From the NCBI GenBank assembly GCA_963776665.1, contig CAVZNQ010000042.1, forward strand, positions 4,340-68,339: a DNA stretch of 64,000 nt, in the 5' to 3' direction. The notes beneath the pieces are model-generated. The model saw nothing but the letters and a program-made list of their open reading frames with translations, was not told the DNA's origin and did no database searches. Of the stretch, positions 59,286-64,000 are shown one piece after another; the first letter of the stretch is position 1; every line of letters begins with the position of its first letter. The position numbers and the translations under genes are program-made. Source of the DNA: an uncultured Alphaproteobacteria bacterium (GTDB taxonomy: Bacteria > Pseudomonadota > Alphaproteobacteria > Rhizobiales > Beijerinckiaceae).

Positions 59286-62132
59286 ATGGCGCTGTTGCAG
59301 GAACTGGATACCGGCACGCCGATCCGCACCGGCGAGCCGAGCGTCACGCTTACGATCGATGGGCGCAAGGTCAGCGTCCCTCCGGGGACGTCGGTGATGG
59401 CCGCCGCCGCCCTGATCGACAATCCGATCCCCAAACTGTGCGCGACCGACAATCTCGAGGCCTTCGGCTCGTGCCGCCTGTGCCTCGTCGAGATCGAGGG
59501 TCGGAAGGGGACTCCGGCCTCGTGCTCGACTCCGGCCGAGCAGGGCATGATCGTCCGCACGAAGACGCCGCGGCTCGAGCGGCTGCGGCGCGGGGTGATG
59601 GAGCTTTACATTTCCGACCATCCGCTCGACTGCCTCACCTGCAGCGCCAACGGCGACTGCGAGTTGCAGACGCAGGCCGGGATCGTCGGCTTGCGCGATG
59701 TGCGCTACGGCTACGACGGCGCCAAGCACATGCAGGGGCCGATCGACGCCTCCAATCCCTACTTCTCCTTCGAATCGTCGAAGTGCATCGTCTGCTCGCG
59801 CTGCGTGCGCGCCTGCGAGGAGGTCCAGGGCACCTTCGCGCTGACCATCCTCGGACGGGGCCTCGGTTCGAAAGTTGCGACTGGGGGCGTCGATTTCCTG
59901 ACGTCCGAATGCGTCTCCTGCGGAGCCTGCGTGCAGGCTTGCCCCACTGCGACCCTCAACGAGAAGCCGGTCATCGAACACGGAACGCCGGAGCGCTCGG
60001 TGGTGACGACCTGCGCCTATTGCGGCGTCGGCTGCTCCTTCAAGGCGGAGCTCAAGGGCGACGAAGTCTTGAGGATGGTCCCCTACAAAGCCGGCAAGGC
60101 CAACGAAGGCCATTCGTGCATCAAGGGCCGCTTCTCCTACGGTTATGCCACCCACGAGGACCGCATCGTGAAGCCAATGATCCGGAAACGGATCGAGGAT
60201 CATTGGCGGGAAGTCTCATGGGAAGAAGCGATCGCCTACGCGGCGAGCGAGTTCAAGCGCATCCAGGAGGAATACGGCCGTGACTCGGTCGGCGCGATTT
60301 CCTCGTCGCGCTGCACCAACGAAGAGGTCTTTCTGGTTCAGAAAATGGTGCGCGCCGGCTTCGGCAACAACAATATCGACACTTGCGCCCGCGTCTGCCA
60401 TTCGCCGACAGGCTTCGGTCTTTCGAAGACCTACGGCACGTCCGCGGGCACGCAGGATTTCAAGTCGGTCGAAGAGTCGGACGTCGTGGTGGTCATCGGC
60501 GCCAATCCGACCGACGCCCATCCTGTCTTCGCCTCGCGTCTGAAGAAGCGGCTGCGCGCCGGCGCCCGCCTCATCGTCATCGACCCGCGACGCATCGATC
60601 TGGTCAGGAGCGCGCATGTCAAAGCCGATCATCATCTCGCGCTCAAGCCTGGAACCAATGTCGCGATCCTGACCGCGATGGCGCATGTCATCGTCACCGA
60701 GGGCCTCGTCAATCAGGCTTTTGTTGGCGATCGTTGCGACCTCGGCAATTTCGAGTCCTGGGCGCGCTTTGTCGCCGAGGATCGTCATTCGCCGGAGGCG
60801 ACAGCTGACGCCACCGGCGTCGATGCGCAGGAAGTGCGAGCGGCCGCGCGCCTCTACGCGACAGGCGGCAATGGGGCGATCTATTACGGCCTCGGCGTCA
60901 CCGAACACAGCCAGGGTTCGACGACCGTGATGGCGATCGCCAATCTCGCCATGGCGACGGGCAACATCGGGCGCGAGGGCGTCGGCGTCAATCCGCTGCG
61001 CGGTCAGAACAATGTGCAGGGCTCATGCGACATGGGCTCGTTCCCGCACGAGTTCTCCGGCTACCGCCACGTTTCGAACGACGACGCCCGCGAGACATTC
61101 GAGCGATTGTGGGGTGTGCCGCTAACCAAGGAGCCCGGCCTTCGAATCCCGAACATGATGGACGAAGCCGTCGATGGGGCGTTCAAGGGTCTCTATGTCC
61201 AGGGAGAGGATATCGCGCAGTCCGACCCCGATACCAGCCATATCACAGCGGGCCTGAAGGCGATGGAATGCGTCGTCGTGCAGGATCTCTTCCTCAATGA
61301 AACAGCCCGCTATGCACATGTGTTTTTGCCGGGCGCGTCGTTCCTGGAAAAGGACGGCACGTTCACCAACGCCGAACGCCGGATCAGCCGCGTCCGCCGG
61401 GCAATTCCTCCGCTTGCCGGAATGGCCGATTGGGAAACGACGATGGCGCTCGCCAATGCCCTTGGCGTTGCGATGCACTACAATCATCCGAGCGAGATCA
61501 TGGACGAGGTCGCCGCGACGACGCCGACCTTCAAGGGCGTCTCCTACGCTCGCCTGGACGAACTCGGCTCCATCCAATGGCCGTGCAACGACGCGGCGCC
61601 GACCGGCACGCCAGTCATGCATGTCGATCGCTTCGTGCGCGGCAAGGGCCAGTTCATGCTGACCGAATATGTAGCGACCGACGAGCGCGCCGGACCGCGA
61701 TTCCCGCTCCTGCTGACGACGGGCCGCATTCTGTCGCAGTATAACGTGGGCGCCCAGACGCGCCGGACCGCGAGCAGTGTCTGGCACGGCGAGGATCTGC
61801 TCGAAATCCATCCGTTCGACGCGGAGCATCGCGGGATTCGCGACGGCGAGCTTGTCTCGTTGCAGAGCCGAAGCGGCGAGATCGCGCTCCACGCCAGGAT
61901 CAGCGACCGCATGCAGCCCGGCGTGGTCTATACGACCTTTCACCATGCAGTCACTTGCGCCAACGTCGTCACTTCCGACTTCTCCGACTGGGCGACCAAT
62001 TGTCCGGAATATAAGGTGACGGCGGTGCAGGTTCGGCGCACCAACCGTCTCTCCGATTGGCAATTGCTTGACCACGAGGAGGCGGTCTCGCTTCGCCGCA
62101 TCCATAAGGCGCCCGCCGATGCGGCCGAGTGA
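59286..62132 (+). CDS. fdsA: Formate dehydrogenase alpha subunit (Cys-type)
   Basis: Fe-S motifs, TCAYCGVGC, CARVCH, PLRGQNNVQG. Confidence 0.96.
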   Translation: MALLQELDTGTPIRTGEPSVTLTIDGRKVSVPPGTSVMAAAALIDNPIPKLCATDNLEAFGSCRLCLVEIEGRKGTPASCSTPAEQGMIVRTKTPRLERLRRGVMELYISDHPLDCLTCSANGDCELQTQAGIVGLRDVRYGYDGAKHMQGPIDASNPYFSFESSKCIVCSRCVRACEEVQGTFALTILGRGLGSKVATGGVDFLTSECVSCGACVQACPTATLNEKPVIEHGTPERSVVTTCAYCGVGCSFKAELKGDEVLRMVPYKAGKANEGHSCIKGRFSYGYATHEDRIVKPMIRKRIEDHWREVSWEEAIAYAASEFKRIQEEYGRDSVGAISSSRCTNEEVFLVQKMVRAGFGNNNIDTCARVCHSPTGFGLSKTYGTSAGTQDFKSVEESDVVVVIGANPTDAHPVFASRLKKRLRAGARLIVIDPRRIDLVRSAHVKADHHLALKPGTNVAILTAMAHVIVTEGLVNQAFVGDRCDLGNFESWARFVAEDRHSPEATADATGVDAQEVRAAARLYATGGNGAIYYGLGVTEHSQGSTTVMAIANLAMATGNIGREGVGVNPLRGQNNVQGSCDMGSFPHEFSGYRHVSNDDARETFERLWGVPLTKEPGLRIPNMMDEAVDGAFKGLYVQGEDIAQSDPDTSHITAGLKAMECVVVQDLFLNETARYAHVFLPGASFLEKDGTFTNAERRISRVRRAIPPLAGMADWETTMALANALGVAMHYNHPSEIMDEVAATTPTFKGVSYARLDELGSIQWPCNDAAPTGTPVMHVDRFVRGKGQFMLTEYVATDERAGPRFPLLLTTGRILSQYNVGAQTRRTASSVWHGEDLLEIHPFDAEHRGIRDGELVSLQSRSGEIALHARISDRMQPGVVYTTFHHAVTCANVVTSDFSDWATNCPEYKVTAVQVRRTNRLSDWQLLDHEEAVSLRRIHKAPADAAE

Positions 62133-62952
62133 GGGCGCGGGCTCGATCGACGTTCCGGTCCGCGTCTTTTCCTACGACAGCGGCGTTGGCGGAAAGGAGT
62201 TCACGCGCGCCATCGCCGTCGAAGCTCCGGTCCAGATCGTTCTCGGCGGCGCCCCCTTCGCCGTCATGATGGCGACCCCGCAGGATCTTGAGGATTTCGC
62301 CGCGGGTTTTGTCCTGACCGAGCAGATCGCCGAGAGCGTCGCCGACATCCGGGGAATTGAGGTTGAGGCCGTCGAGGACGGCTGGAAGCTCAAGATCGCG
62401 CTGACCAGCGAGCGACTGCAGGCCCATATGGCGCGCGCCCGGGCGATGAGCGGCCGCACCGGCTGCGGCCTGTGCGGCATCGAGGATTTTTCCCAGATGC
62501 CTTCGCCCCGGCCGCCGCTCGATCGGCCGGCTCCGATCGAGCCGGCGGCCATCCGCGCTGCGATTGGCGAACTCGAGGCCCGCCAGCCCCTCAATCGCGC
62601 GACCCGCGCCGTCCATGCCGCGGCGTGGTGCGGGCGGGACGGCAGGATTCTGTTGTCGCGCGAGGACGTCGGACGGCACAATGCGCTCGACAAGGCGATC
62701 GGTGCGCTGGCGCGGGCCCGCGCTGCGCCGGACAGCGGCTTCTTCGTCATCACAAGCCGCTGTTCGTTCGAGATGGTCGCCAAGGCGGCCATCTTCGGGG
62801 CGGGGACCCTGGTGTCGGTTTCGGCCCCGACGTCGCTTGCGCTGGAGCGGGCGCGGCGGTTCGGCGTTCGCCTGATCGCGGTCGCCCGCGGCGACCAGGC
62901 GCTGTCCTTCGACGGCGGCACGGACGAGGCAAGCGGGGGATTGGCGGCGTGA
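62119..62952 (+). CDS. fdhD: Formate dehydrogenase sulfurtransferase FdhD/FdsC
   Basis: GCGLCG, REDVGRHNALDK. Confidence 0.95.
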   Translation: MRPSEGAGSIDVPVRVFSYDSGVGGKEFTRAIAVEAPVQIVLGGAPFAVMMATPQDLEDFAAGFVLTEQIAESVADIRGIEVEAVEDGWKLKIALTSERLQAHMARARAMSGRTGCGLCGIEDFSQMPSPRPPLDRPAPIEPAAIRAAIGELEARQPLNRATRAVHAAAWCGRDGRILLSREDVGRHNALDKAIGALARARAAPDSGFFVITSRCSFEMVAKAAIFGAGTLVSVSAPTSLALERARRFGVRLIAVARGDQALSFDGGTDEASGGLAA

Positions 62953-63182
62953 CGAGCGGCAAGATCGACAAACTCGTGCGCATGGCCAATCAGATCGCGG
63001 ATTTCTACGCCGCCATGCCCGAGCGGGAAGCGGTCGCGGGCGCAGCCTCGCATCTCACCCTCTACTGGACGCCGAAGATGATTCGCGAGATCATCGCCTT
63101 CGCCGATGAAGGCCATGCCGGCCTCAATACGATCGCGGCGCGCGCGGTCGAATCGTTGAAACAGAAGGCGACGGCCGCCTAG
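62949..63182 (+). CDS. fdsD: Formate dehydrogenase delta subunit
   Basis: KLVRMANQIADF...HL..YW.P.M. Confidence 0.9.
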   Translation: MTSGKIDKLVRMANQIADFYAAMPEREAVAGAASHLTLYWTPKMIREIIAFADEGHAGLNTIAARAVESLKQKATAA

Positions 63183-63198
63183 GACTTTTCCGGGCCTC

Positions 63199-64000
63199 AT
63201 GCCTCGCTGGCCGCGCCCACCCAATCTGCTGCGGCTCTTCGTCGGCCAGCACATCGTCAATGGCGTGAGCGTCGGCCTGGGGGTGGTCGCGGTCGCTCTT
63301 GTCGCCTCGGCGATTTTCGGCTTCGCCGCCGGCCAGCCGGCGACGCTCGGCGCCATATCGGCCAGCATCTCCGACCTGCCGGCGCCGTGGCGCGAAAAGG
63401 CGAAGACGCTGGGCTTCGGCTTCGCGCTCGCGCTGCTCTCGACCGTGGCGATCCAGCTCGCGCTGCCGTGGCCGGTCGCCGCCCTGATCATGATCGGCGT
63501 CGTCAGCTTTGTCGGCGGTCTCGTCACCGGGCTCGGCCGATGGGCGGTGGCGGTAGGCATGCAGGCGGTCATCCCGATGGTCTTCATTCTCGGGTTCCCG
63601 CCCGAGACCTTCCCGGCCGCCGTCCGCATTGAGACGCTGTTCGCCTGCGGGGGCGTCGCCTATATCGCGTTTGCGCTAATGGCGACGGTCTTTACCGACG
63701 CCAGCGCCCGCCGGCTGGTCACGAGCGAATCGATCCGCGAATTCTCGCTCTACATGCGCGCCGTCGCGGGCATTTTTGATCCGGACCAGGAACTAACGGC
63801 GGCCTACGGCGCGACGATCCGCGAGCAGTCGGCGCTGTCGGAGCAATTGCAGTCGGCGCGCGCGGTCCTGCTCGACCGGCCGGGAGAAAAGGGCGAGCGC
63901 ATGCGGCTCGCAGCGTCGATCGGCATCCTGCTCGACGCGCTCGATGCGCTGGTCGCCGCCCAATGCGACGTCGAGCTTCTCCGGAAGACGCCGGCGGCCG
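63199..64000 (+). CDS. FUSC/YccS-family membrane protein, runs off the window
   Basis: Multi-TM N-terminus, GAI.ASISDLPAP; no stop before 64000. Confidence 0.75.
   Translation, partial: MPRWPRPPNLLRLFVGQHIVNGVSVGLGVVAVALVASAIFGFAAGQPATLGAISASISDLPAPWREKAKTLGFGFALALLSTVAIQLALPWPVAALIMIGVVSFVGGLVTGLGRWAVAVGMQAVIPMVFILGFPPETFPAAVRIETLFACGGVAYIAFALMATVFTDASARRLVTSESIREFSLYMRAVAGIFDPDQELTAAYGATIREQSALSEQLQSARAVLLDRPGEKGERMRLAASIGILLDALDALVAAQCDVELLRKTPAA

Noticed and set aside
59286-62132. Selenocysteine recoding in fdsA
   Set aside because: Active site reads CARVCH with Cys and there is no in-frame TGA

Overview
GC-rich Alphaproteobacterium (Hyphomicrobiales; Roseiarcus/Beijerinckiaceae-like by gene style, which is inference). 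Bases ~1-19,984 are a decayed accessory island abutting the 3' end of a tRNA-Lys(CTT) at 19,985-20,060. It is a mosaic of small genes and gene scraps: one full-length IS3-family element, IS66 and IS3 remnants, two damaged FMN-reductase copies, a Crp/Fnr regulator, a single-domain response regulator, YqgE, a 2H phosphoesterase and an ADP-ribosyltransferase-like ORF. The island carries several sigma-EcfG-type (GGAAC-N16-YGTT) promoters. One is a perfect bidirectional site, and two belong to a repeated promoter + leader + terminator module (candidate sRNA or attenuator), which is the best candidate for an undescribed system. Bases 20,190-64,000 are mostly core chromosome: ilvC, lemA-TPM-TPM, D,D-carboxypeptidase, nudC, aminotransferase, htpG, lldD-like, bolA, purL, mutL, an M16 peptidase pair, vapBC, a WYL regulator, rsmD, rluB, tadA, metE-like, aroQ, O-methyltransferase, cobT, an SLC5-fused hybrid kinase, mpg, leuD, sco, the fdsR-fdsGBA-fdhD-fdsD formate dehydrogenase cluster and a truncated FUSC gene. 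Several single-base indels, some in core genes, suggest sequencing errors, so pseudogene calls need caution. All family assignments come from motif recognition, not database searches.
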